DNA of 63,701 bases, filler included, from Thermoplasmatota archaeon (GTDB lineage Archaea; Thermoplasmatota; E2; JACPAO01; JAHFTW01): NCBI GenBank assembly GCA_041623215.1. It is 4 parts of 4 records of this genome, joined end to end, with 100 filler letters (N's around TTAATTAATTAA, not from the genome) between each part and the next. Parts side by side here need not be neighbours in the genome. Positions count along the whole stretch, not along the records: positions 36,778 to 54,719 come from JBFJXH010000028.1; 3 more parts are not named here. One strand, written 5' to 3'. Position 1 is the first letter of the stretch, and every line of letters starts with the position of its first letter. Below are positions 38,114-46,900 of the stretch, piece after piece. The notes under the pieces are model-generated. The model did not search any database, was not told the DNA's origin, and saw only the letters and a program-made list of their open reading frames with translations. The position numbers and the translations under genes are program-made.

Positions 38114-39442
38114 ATGTCTCGAACCCTGAAAATGGTGGCCGTGGTGGCCATGGCGATGCTGACAATGCCGCTTGTGGCGGCCGATTTTCAAGATGGCAAC
38201 TACGTTGCATCCTTCACCAGTGGCGGCGTGACGACGGAAGAGCGCGGCGAAGAGGTTCTGCACGGTCATCCCTGGGAACAGGCAATGCCAGGCATGGTTA
38301 TGCGCACATTCTTTGACCGAATTTCCACGCGGACGGAAGGGCGTGTGGGCTGGTACACCACGCAGTCGGCTGAGGAGTCGGAAGCAAACTGCGACAATGT
38401 CCCCACGGCGTCCTTCGTGTACGACACGGCCGCCTACCCTAATCCGCCCCTGTTCGTTGATGACGCCTTTGCCTGGCTGCCGCCTAATTTCTTTGGCGGC
38501 AATGACTACGACGAAGAGGGCTATCTTCTACTGTCCTTGTACAACGAGTACAATCGCATGATTTCCCTGGATGCGCTAGCACCCACCACTTACGGCCAAC
38601 ACCAAGATGATCCCACCAACTGTCTCTACGTTGACCGCGATGACACGGCGGGCTTTGGCCAAGGCAGCGAAGACCATCCCTGCAAAACGGGTGAAACGGA
38701 GTGCCGGATTGGTGCCGAAGAAGACACCACCATCGACGTAGGCCCGGGCTTCGGCGTCTCGGCATGGCAATTCGCCAAAGGCCCGTTCCGCCACTTCCAG
38801 CTCAACGACCTGCAGCAACTGGCCGTTCTCCAGTGCGACTTAGTCGTGCGGGACCCCACAACCGGCGATGTCATTCGGCCGGGCCAGATTGACGGCATTC
38901 TAACAACCACGGAAGGCGACGATGTAACCATCATCTTTGATGATGGCCTGGACCCCGGATTGAACGGCGTGGACTTGTACTACTCGCCGGCGGGTGCAGG
39001 GTCCAACGCCTGTGTGTCCCTCATCGACGAAACCTCCAGCTGGATTAATCTCAATTCAGGAACCAGCAGCGGGCCCTGCAACGTGCATGACTGCGTCATG
39101 GGCAACACGGGAGCCATTGTCCTGAGCGACAAGGCCCGCGAATGGCTTCCGAGTGCCGGCACTGAGAGTCGCAATGGCAACAACTACGGCCGCCCCTTCG
39201 GTAGCACCATCGCCGTGGTTTGCGGGTCCATGGGGGGCTACTACTTCGTTGCTGACGAAGACCCGGCCAACATCGGTTCGCCCCTGGGCTGGGCGGTCGT
39301 GCACCAATCGGACTACGATTGGTTTGTGCTCTACAATGCGGATGACCTGGAGATGGTCACCTGGGGCCTCAATCAGCAGCATGTTAGCGCTGTGCCGGGG
39401 GCTGGGGGGACACTGAACCAGGGCTGCGCCGAATTCGCGTAG
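38114..39442 (+). CDS. Cys-patterned secreted protein, paralogue 2
   Basis: Signal peptide ending PLVAA/DFQDGNY; 10 Cys; no C-terminal TM. Confidence 0.92.
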   Translation: MSRTLKMVAVVAMAMLTMPLVAADFQDGNYVASFTSGGVTTEERGEEVLHGHPWEQAMPGMVMRTFFDRISTRTEGRVGWYTTQSAEESEANCDNVPTASFVYDTAAYPNPPLFVDDAFAWLPPNFFGGNDYDEEGYLLLSLYNEYNRMISLDALAPTTYGQHQDDPTNCLYVDRDDTAGFGQGSEDHPCKTGETECRIGAEEDTTIDVGPGFGVSAWQFAKGPFRHFQLNDLQQLAVLQCDLVVRDPTTGDVIRPGQIDGILTTTEGDDVTIIFDDGLDPGLNGVDLYYSPAGAGSNACVSLIDETSSWINLNSGTSSGPCNVHDCVMGNTGAIVLSDKAREWLPSAGTESRNGNNYGRPFGSTIAVVCGSMGGYYFVADEDPANIGSPLGWAVVHQSDYDWFVLYNADDLEMVTWGLNQQHVSAVPGAGGTLNQGCAEFA

Positions 39443-39443
39443 A

Positions 39444-39474
39444 TTCTCCATCCTTCTCCTTCTCCTTCTCATCC
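39444..39474 (+). terminator. Pyrimidine-rich putative terminator after paralogue 2
   Basis: TTCTCCATCCTTCTCCTTCTCCTTCTCATCC directly after the stop. Confidence 0.5.
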
Positions 39475-39519
39475 GACCTAGGGCCATGCCGCGCCCGCCG
39501 GACCACCGGATTGCCCCAC

Positions 39520-39582
39520 GCATAGCGTTAAGGGGGGTGCCATTGATGCGGCATTTGGGCGGGTGTGACTTGCCCTAGGTGA
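39520..39582 (+). promoter_or_regulatory. Promoter GCAT-N3-GTTAAG and SD AGGTGA of paralogue 3
   Basis: TTAAG 61 nt and AGGTGA 12 nt before ATG 39589. Confidence 0.65.
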
Positions 39583-39588
39583 ATGCAT

Positions 39589-40914
39589 ATGAATCGAACG
39601 TTCAACACTCTTGCCGCAGCCCTGGCGCTACTTGTGGTGGCACCGCTTGCGGCGGCAGACTTTGAGGATGGCAACTATATCGCATCGTTTTCCAGCGGGG
39701 GTCAGTCGGAGTCCGAGCGTGGCGAGTCGCCCATTGCGGGCCATCCGTGGGAAGAAGACATGCCGGGCATGGTGATGCGCACATTCTTTGATCGCATCTC
39801 CACCAGGACAGAGGGCCGCATCGGCTGGTACACAACGCAATCCGCTGAAGAATCCGAAGCGAACTGCGACAATGTCCCCACGGCGTCCTTTGTATACGAC
39901 ACGGCCGCCTACCCTAATCCGCCCCTGTTCGTTGATGACGCCTTTGCCTGGCTGCCACCCAACTTCTTCGGCGGCAATGACTACGACGAGGAAGGCTACC
40001 TTGTGCTGAGCTACTACTATGAGTACAATCGCATGGTTTCTCTGGATGCTCTGGGGCCGAGCTTGGCGGGGCAATACCAAGAGGATCCCACCAATTGCCT
40101 TTACGTGGACCGTGACGACGCTGCCGGATTTGGCCAAGGCAGCGAAGACCATCCCTGCAAAACGGGTGAAACGGAGTGCCGGATTGGTGCCGAAGAGGAC
40201 GCTACAATTGACGCTGGCGTCGGCTTCGGTGTATCGGCTTGGCAGTATGGCAAGGGCCCCTTCCGCCATTTCCAGTTGAATGACCTACAGCAGCTTGCCA
40301 TCTTGCAATGTGACTTGGTTGTGCGGGACCCGACGTCGAGCGACGTCATCCGGCCCGGTCAGATTGACGGCATTCTCACGACCACCGAAGGCGGTAGCCT
40401 CATCTTGACCGGAGACGGCCTTGATCCTGGACTCAACGGTGTGGACCTGAACTTCGCGCCCGCCGGCGCCGGATCCAATGCCTGCGTGGAACTCATCGAT
40501 GAAAACAGTGAATGGATCAATCTCAATTCCGGAACCAGTGGCGGTCCTTGCAACGTTCACGATTGCGTGATGGGCAACACGGGTTCGATTGTGGTGAGCG
40601 AAAAGGCACGCGAGTGGCTGCCGGCCGCAGGGGAAGAGACCCGCAACGGTAACAGCTATCTTCGTCCCTTCGGCAGTACGATCGCCGTGGTGTGCGGGGC
40701 CATGGGTGGGTACTACTTTGTGGCTGACGAAGACCCGCTCAACAAAGGCTCCCCGCGCGGCTGGGCCGTGGTCCACCAATCCGACTACGACTGGTTTGTG
40801 TTCTACAACACGGACGACCTCGAAATGGTGAATTGGGGAGCGGACCGGTCTCACGTGGTAGCCTCGCCCGGCTTTGGCGGCTCCCTGAACCAAGGCTGCG
40901 CCGACTTCGCGTAG
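39589..40914 (+). CDS. Cys-patterned secreted protein, paralogue 3
   Basis: MNRTFNTLAAALALLVVAPLAAA/DFEDGNY; closest to paralogue 2; start chosen by SD spacing (ATG 39583 alternative). Confidence 0.92.
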   Translation: MNRTFNTLAAALALLVVAPLAAADFEDGNYIASFSSGGQSESERGESPIAGHPWEEDMPGMVMRTFFDRISTRTEGRIGWYTTQSAEESEANCDNVPTASFVYDTAAYPNPPLFVDDAFAWLPPNFFGGNDYDEEGYLVLSYYYEYNRMVSLDALGPSLAGQYQEDPTNCLYVDRDDAAGFGQGSEDHPCKTGETECRIGAEEDATIDAGVGFGVSAWQYGKGPFRHFQLNDLQQLAILQCDLVVRDPTSSDVIRPGQIDGILTTTEGGSLILTGDGLDPGLNGVDLNFAPAGAGSNACVELIDENSEWINLNSGTSGGPCNVHDCVMGNTGSIVVSEKAREWLPAAGEETRNGNSYLRPFGSTIAVVCGAMGGYYFVADEDPLNKGSPRGWAVVHQSDYDWFVFYNTDDLEMVNWGADRSHVVASPGFGGSLNQGCADFA

Positions 40915-40986
40915 ATTCCCCTGCCTCTTCCCCCTCATCCGCCCCAGGGCACTGCTCGCCCGCCACTGAGTGATGCTGGCCCCCAG

Positions 40987-41049
40987 GCATATGGTTAAGG
41001 CTGATACTCAGGATGGCCGGCATGGGCGGGCAAGACTTGCCCTAGGTGA
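40987..41049 (+). promoter_or_regulatory. Promoter GCAT-N3-GTTAAG and SD AGGTGA of paralogue 4
   Basis: TTAAG 61 nt and AGGTGA 12 nt before ATG 41056; GACTTGCCCTAGGTGAA shared with paralogue 3. Confidence 0.65.
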
Positions 41050-41055
41050 AGACAC

Positions 41056-42306
41056 ATGAATCGAACGCTCAGAACCCTCGCCGCTGCAGTCGTGGCACTC
41101 ATGATTGCACCCTTGGCGGCCGCCGACTTCGAAGACGGCAACTACGTCGCATCGTTTACGATTGACTCCTCCACGGGCGACCGGACCGAGGAGCACATCC
41201 CGGACCATCCGTGGAACCAGAACCCTCCTTCCATGATGATGCGCACATTCATTGACCGATTCACGTCGCGCACCGACGGTAGGTTGGGCTGGTACAGCAC
41301 GGCCGATGCGGAGGACTGGCAAACGCAGTGTGACAACGTGCCGACTCTGAGTTACTTCTACTGGTGGTCTGACCTTCTTGGCTACGTCCCCCCGAACTTC
41401 TTCGGCGGCAACGATTACGATGAAGAAGACTACCTGATTCTCGGCCTGTACTTTGAGTACTACCGCATGATTCCCCTCGATGGGCTTGGCCCCAGCACGA
41501 CGGGCAAGTACGTTGAGGATCCCACAAACTGCCTCTACTTCGATCGGACTGCCACGGCGGGCTTTGGCCAAGGCGACGAGCCTCATCCCTGCGCGTCCTC
41601 CGAAATCTCGTGCCGCATCGGCGCCGAAGAGGACACGGAAATTGATGGCGGCATCGGCTTTGGCCCATCCGCTTGGATGTACCCCAAGGGACCGTTCCGG
41701 CTGTTCCAGCTGGCAGAACACCAGAAGCTGGCGGTGCTCCAATGTGACCTCATCATCGAGGACCCAACAAACGGAAACATCATCCGCTCTGGCCAAATTG
41801 CAGGCGTCACCCAGGATGCCCAGGATGGGCCATTTGGCGAAGTCTTCGGGGACAGTCTCATCTATCAGCCCAGCGCGGGTGCAGGGCCTTGCGAGGTTCT
41901 GATTAATCAGGACAGCGACTGGATTAACCTCGTCGTTGGTGGGAGTGCTGGGCCCGGTGCTTGCAACTGGGGTAGTGCAAGCTGCGTGATGGGCACGGAA
42001 GGCGCCATCATCATGAGCGAGAAGGCCAGTGCTTGGCTGCCCAAGAGCGGCGAAGGCCGTCCCTTTGCCAGTACCATCGGCGTTATGTGCGCCAACATGG
42101 CTGGCTACTACTTTGACGCCGGCGCAACGACGCCCGGTGGAAAGGAGCCATGGGGCTGGCTGGTTGCCCACCTGTCGGACTACGATTGGGTTACGTTCTA
42201 TGAGGCAACCGACACGACCTACATCGAATGGGGCCTTGACCCGGCGCACATGTCCAATGTGAGCGACACGAGTCAAGGTTGCGCGCACTTCACCGCCTCC
42301 GAGTAG
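41056..42306 (+). CDS. Cys-patterned secreted protein, paralogue 4
   Basis: MNRTLRTLAAAVVALMIAPLAAA/DFEDGNY; 10 Cys in the same register. Confidence 0.92.
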   Translation: MNRTLRTLAAAVVALMIAPLAAADFEDGNYVASFTIDSSTGDRTEEHIPDHPWNQNPPSMMMRTFIDRFTSRTDGRLGWYSTADAEDWQTQCDNVPTLSYFYWWSDLLGYVPPNFFGGNDYDEEDYLILGLYFEYYRMIPLDGLGPSTTGKYVEDPTNCLYFDRTATAGFGQGDEPHPCASSEISCRIGAEEDTEIDGGIGFGPSAWMYPKGPFRLFQLAEHQKLAVLQCDLIIEDPTNGNIIRSGQIAGVTQDAQDGPFGEVFGDSLIYQPSAGAGPCEVLINQDSDWINLVVGGSAGPGACNWGSASCVMGTEGAIIMSEKASAWLPKSGEGRPFASTIGVMCANMAGYYFDAGATTPGGKEPWGWLVAHLSDYDWVTFYEATDTTYIEWGLDPAHMSNVSDTSQGCAHFTASE

Positions 42307-42335
42307 GCGCATGAATCTGGCCGGACCCGGCCAAA

Positions 42336-42359
42336 TCTTTCCCTCTTTTCCTTTCCCTT
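42336..42359 (+). terminator. Pyrimidine-rich putative terminator after paralogue 4
   Basis: TCTTTCCCTCTTTTCCTTTCCCTT preceded by a short GC inverted repeat (GGCCGG AC CCGGCC). Confidence 0.55.
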
Positions 42360-42509
42360 GCGGCCGCTGGCCCGGTAACTGGCATGAATCACGTGCTACC
42401 CCGGCCAGCTAGAGCAGGCAGCTAATTTCATTTGCCGCCTTGCAAACCTCTTTTACTGCGCTCGCTTCTGCTAGGGGTAGGCGGCTTGTCCCCTGTAGGT
42501 GTGATGAAC

Positions 42510-43838
42510 ATGAACTTCCTGACTCGTAGCGCGTGTGCGTTCCTGATTGTTCTCTCGATGGCGCTCGTGCCGTTGGCGGGAGCGTCCCATGGCCCGTGGC
42601 ACAACTCAGACGGCAACTACAACGAACCCAACAGTGCTGGCCACCACAATGACAATCTCAATCTGGGAGCCGGCTTGCTTTCGCGTACCTTCATGATTCG
42701 CTGGGGAAGCGAGATTGACGGGCGCTACGGTTGGTACAGCAATGACGCCGACGACGGTTGGGCAAACGAATGTAACAACTACATGCTCGACGACCGATAC
42801 AAGGAATACAAGGAGGATATTCACGACCCTCTGCTAGAGCCACAGTTTGTGATTCCACCAATCCCCGATTCGCTGTTTGGGGATGACCACGACAACCGCA
42901 ACTACGACGGCATCAGCTACTACTACGAATATCACCGCACGGTCCACAAGGACGTCCGTGGGACACAGGTCAGCGGCCAAAACGTCGCCGACCCGACAGG
43001 TTGCGGCTACGTGGACCGTGGGGAATCCGCTGGCTTTGGGCACGGCAACGAAAACCCCTGCGATGACTGCCGTATTGGCATCGACGAGGATGGCACGTTG
43101 GCCACCGGTATTGGCTTCCAATTCTCGGCGCTCATCGCCACTGGCGGCCCCTTCCGCAGCTTCCAACTGGAAGGCGAACGCAAGGCGTCCATTCTGGCAT
43201 GCCAACTCGTCATCCTGGACCCAATCAGCGGCAGCCCCCTGCGTGGTGGCCAGATTCACGGCACAACCACCAGTGAAGGTGACGATGTCGTGCTGGTGGG
43301 CGATGGTCTGGACCCCGGCGTCTTCGGCCAGGACCTAGAATTCGGTGCCCTGCAAGGGCCTGGCAACAACCCCTCCGAGTGGGCCGATCGGGGCGACGGC
43401 GGCCGCTGCAAGAAGATTCTGGACCAGGAGGACCCTGCCTTCCGTATTCGCGAGCAGGTAAGTGCCAATGGACCCGGCATGGGAACCGACGGGGGCACCA
43501 TCATCACGGACCAATCGGCCTGGGTTCCCGACTGGAGCTACGTAGGTGTGACCTGCGCCCGCATGGGCATGTGGTTCTTCGACCCGGTACGCGACCAGCA
43601 GGCCTACGATGAGAGCGGCGGCCACGTGGACTCGCCGTACGGCTGGACCAAGGTGTACCGGTCCGACTACGACTGGGTGACCTACCCGTCCCATGGTGAC
43701 ACGGACTACTATTCGTGGGCGTACCAGAGCAATCACATGTCCACCGTGGGCTACCGCGACCAAGGATGCGCCCATTTCTCCAAAGAAGATGGCGACCCCG
43801 GCGATGGCGACCTAACCGACGCCGCTGCTACCACCTAG
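42510..43838 (+). CDS. Cys-patterned secreted protein, paralogue 5 (most divergent)
   Basis: Signal peptide; retains DGNY, RTF, GRYGWY, YYYEY-x-R, DPT-x-C, GFG-x-G, GPFR-x-FQL, SPYGW, SDYDW, QGCAHF; 8 Cys in the mature part; ATG 42504 alternative. Confidence 0.9.
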   Translation: MNFLTRSACAFLIVLSMALVPLAGASHGPWHNSDGNYNEPNSAGHHNDNLNLGAGLLSRTFMIRWGSEIDGRYGWYSNDADDGWANECNNYMLDDRYKEYKEDIHDPLLEPQFVIPPIPDSLFGDDHDNRNYDGISYYYEYHRTVHKDVRGTQVSGQNVADPTGCGYVDRGESAGFGHGNENPCDDCRIGIDEDGTLATGIGFQFSALIATGGPFRSFQLEGERKASILACQLVILDPISGSPLRGGQIHGTTTSEGDDVVLVGDGLDPGVFGQDLEFGALQGPGNNPSEWADRGDGGRCKKILDQEDPAFRIREQVSANGPGMGTDGGTIITDQSAWVPDWSYVGVTCARMGMWFFDPVRDQQAYDESGGHVDSPYGWTKVYRSDYDWVTYPSHGDTDYYSWAYQSNHMSTVGYRDQGCAHFSKEDGDPGDGDLTDAAATT

Positions 43839-43848
43839 GTGAATCATG

Positions 43849-43869
43849 TCTTTCTTTCTCCTCTTCTTC
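43849..43869 (+). terminator. Pyrimidine-rich putative terminator after paralogue 5
   Basis: TCTTTCTTTCTCCTCTTCTTC. Confidence 0.5.
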
Positions 43870-43905
43870 AACAACCGTTTTCAATAGGTAGACGACCCCA
43901 GGCTT

Positions 43906-46900
43906 GTGGTGTTAGCTCCTGGCCGGGCCTTGGCCTTCGCGTTCCTGATTGCAACTGCGTCGCTACTAGTGGCGGTGCCAGATGCCTATGCAGGTGCCCA
44001 TGGGGGTCGTGAGGTTCCGCTGGCCGCTTCGGACGCGGCTCGCGACTTTGTTGGCAGTGCGGATTCCGGCGCGGGGACCAGTGCCCGTGGGCTTGGCGCA
44101 AACCTTGCCAGTGTCCAAGTGTATGGCACCGACTACGCCTTGAGTCAAACCAGCTCCTTATGGGAGGACGCGCAAAAGGCTGCTGACCCCGCGCGGGAGT
44201 ATCGGAGTCAACTGGGTAGTATTCTCTTGCAGGCTGAGGCCCGTTTGGCGGGCGCCCGTGCTGCCTTCCTCGAATCCGTTGACGGCGGGGTTGACCGGAG
44301 TACATTCCAAGATCACCTAGCCGCAGCTAATCTGCTCGTGCTGGCTGATGCCGATCTTACACAATTTCGGTTGCAATCGTGGGATGCGCTGCAAGAAGAC
44401 CCTGACCAGGTGTATGCCGTCGCTAAGCGTATCAGCCTGTCATCGCCCCTGTTTACGGGTCAGGTGCTGTCGGAAGCAGCCGCGGGGGCGGCGGCGGTTC
44501 TACCCGCAGCCACCGGCCCGATGCTCGACTTGCAGCAGATGGCCGACCATTTGCCGGCAAGCGCGCTAGCCGGGGGCGAAAACGTCATTCTCGCCCTGGC
44601 CCGCCAGACCAATGACCGGGCACAGGCCATGATTGCTAACGAGCTGCCCAGGGAAATTGCGCAGCGCAACATCACGGCGTCCACCATTCTCGATGCCATC
44701 CAACTCGAAATTGACAATTTTGCGGCGCCGGGCAGCCTCGCCCGTGCCGGCTGGGCCACGACGTGGGCCGATGAAGTGGAGCGCGGGGCCAGTTGGTGGG
44801 TGGTGCACAACCGCGATGTTGAGCCCATCAAGACGGTGGCCGGCTCCCTGTACACCTGGGCGCTTCTGAAGGCCACGGCAGAGGAATCGGAGATGTTGCT
44901 GGAGGTCTACGGAGGCGAAGAGCGCGGCATCCCTGGCCCCGGCATCGCTGCCCTTCTCGTGGGGCTTCTGGGCTTGACGCGGTCCCCGCGCGGTCGCATT
45001 GTGGCTGGGCTTTTGGTTGGCCTAGCCATACTCACCCTCCTTGTTCCCGGAGGCTCGGCTCAGCCCTACTTGGTCAGTGATCCCGTTGCCCCGGCGCTGT
45101 TTGGGCACTCCACTAGCGATGATACTGGCTTGGTTCACTTTGTCTACATGGATACGGCTGCAGCCTCGAACAACTTCATTCAGTACCGCACCTATGACCC
45201 AATTTTGGACCGCTGGAGCGATGCAAGCGCCGTAGCGTTCCCGGGCGCCGAGGCAATCCGGGGCGAACCCCATATTTTCTCCAAGGGCAACAGGCTTGAC
45301 TTGTTCTGGACCAGTCAGGAGTCTGGCGGTCAAGACCCCGAAGCCTACTATCCACACACGTGTCGGCTCGTGGATGGCGCGTGCGGCATGGTCGAAGCCG
45401 TGGGTCGCCCGGATCACGCGGTCCGCGACCGAGCCGAGGTGGTCTATGGTGCGGACGACGGCGTCCTCCATACTGCTTGGCTCGAGGAGGCAGACCGTGA
45501 ACTGAATGAACACATCGTGCAATATCGCTACCGCGGCGCTGACGGCTGGATGGCACCCATTACGTTTGACACGGGCTCCAGGAACCAGTCTCACCCGGCG
45601 CTTGCGGTGGACGCCCGTGGCACGGCCCACATGGTGTGGCACGAAATGGATCCGGCCGTCCACTGCACGCCCTACTTGGTTGGCTGCCCGACTCGCATCA
45701 TGTACGCTCAGATTCCTGCCGGGGCTGCGGGACCCGCTCGGCTTGAAGAACTCGAGCATGACCCCGGGGAACGCCCAGCGCCCGCAGTTGCGTTGGCAAT
45801 TGAGGATGGCACAATCCACCTCGCCTATGGCGTCAAGTTCGGTCCCTTTGACCTGGACCCTGGCAGGCTATACCATCGCATGAAGCCTGTCGATAGCGGG
45901 TCGTGGAGCGAGCCGGTCTCCGTGCCGCATTACGAGCGCTCGGCAGCCAGCTACATCAGCTTCGATGTCAACGACGACGGGGTCATCATGATGTGGCACG
46001 AAACCAGTGAAGAATCTCCTGGATTCCAGGTCGCCCGGAGGACCGGCGGTCTCTGGCAACGGGCGGAGAACATCCTCGATAACCGGCTTGGTGCCCGCTT
46101 CACCGTGGCGGATCGGACGCCCGACGGGGTGCTACATTGGACATTCACGGGCACCGCGCCTGGAGATGGTCAGCCTCGCATCTACTACTTCCCTCACCTA
46201 GATATTCCTCCGTACCACCTGCCTGAAATTGCCGACGTTACGCCACCCAACGAAGTATGGGTTAATGACAACCCGCCTCGCGTTACGCTCCGTCCCATTG
46301 TAAGTCGAGCGATTGACTTGGAGGAGAGCAGAATCTTCGTCGACGGGATTCCCGTTAACATCCACCTCGAAGGCAATCTCTTGGTGAGTGAAGGGCTCAC
46401 CACGTTGCAGGACGGCAAGCATGCGGTGCGCGTTGTCCTCACGGATGTCGAAGGCGGAGAGGCCGAGGAATCGTGGTCCATGTGGCTTGACCGGCAACCC
46501 CCTTCCTTTGCTTGGAGCATCGAACTGGATAACGGGACCCCTGCGCGTGGCTGGCACGCAAGCCCTGTGTTCATCCGCCCGTCCGTTCAGCAAGACGGGT
46601 CCGCGTTTGCGTGGCTTGAAATTCAAACCAACGGCGGGCCATGGGAATACTGGGGCGACTCGGCACGAACCGAGTTCCAGATTCCCGAAGGCCGCCTGTG
46701 GACCATGCGGATGAGGGCCATTGACCAGGCCGGTAACGTCAACCTCGGGGACCCTGTGTCTGCAGGGTGGGATGATGACGCTCCCGTCATTGATCCCCCT
46801 ACCGCTCAATGGGGCCGGCCGGGTGCTGTGTTGCAATTCACATCGCCAACGCTGGGTAATGGCTCAAGTGTCGAGGCGCTGGTGGAACTGGTGCTGGCAG

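Noticed and set aside
39444..39474. TTCTCC microsatellite or CRISPR-like repeat
   Set aside because: Too short, no spacers or cas genes; better explained as a terminator tract
38114..40914. Diversity-generating retroelement (TR/VR) explanation for the near-identical repeats
   Set aside because: No reverse transcriptase in the window, both copies are coding, and mismatches are mostly synonymous and not adenine-specific
38114..42306. Assembly duplication as the origin of the array
   Set aside because: Copies differ extensively in protein sequence, indels and intergenic DNA; only short patches are identical
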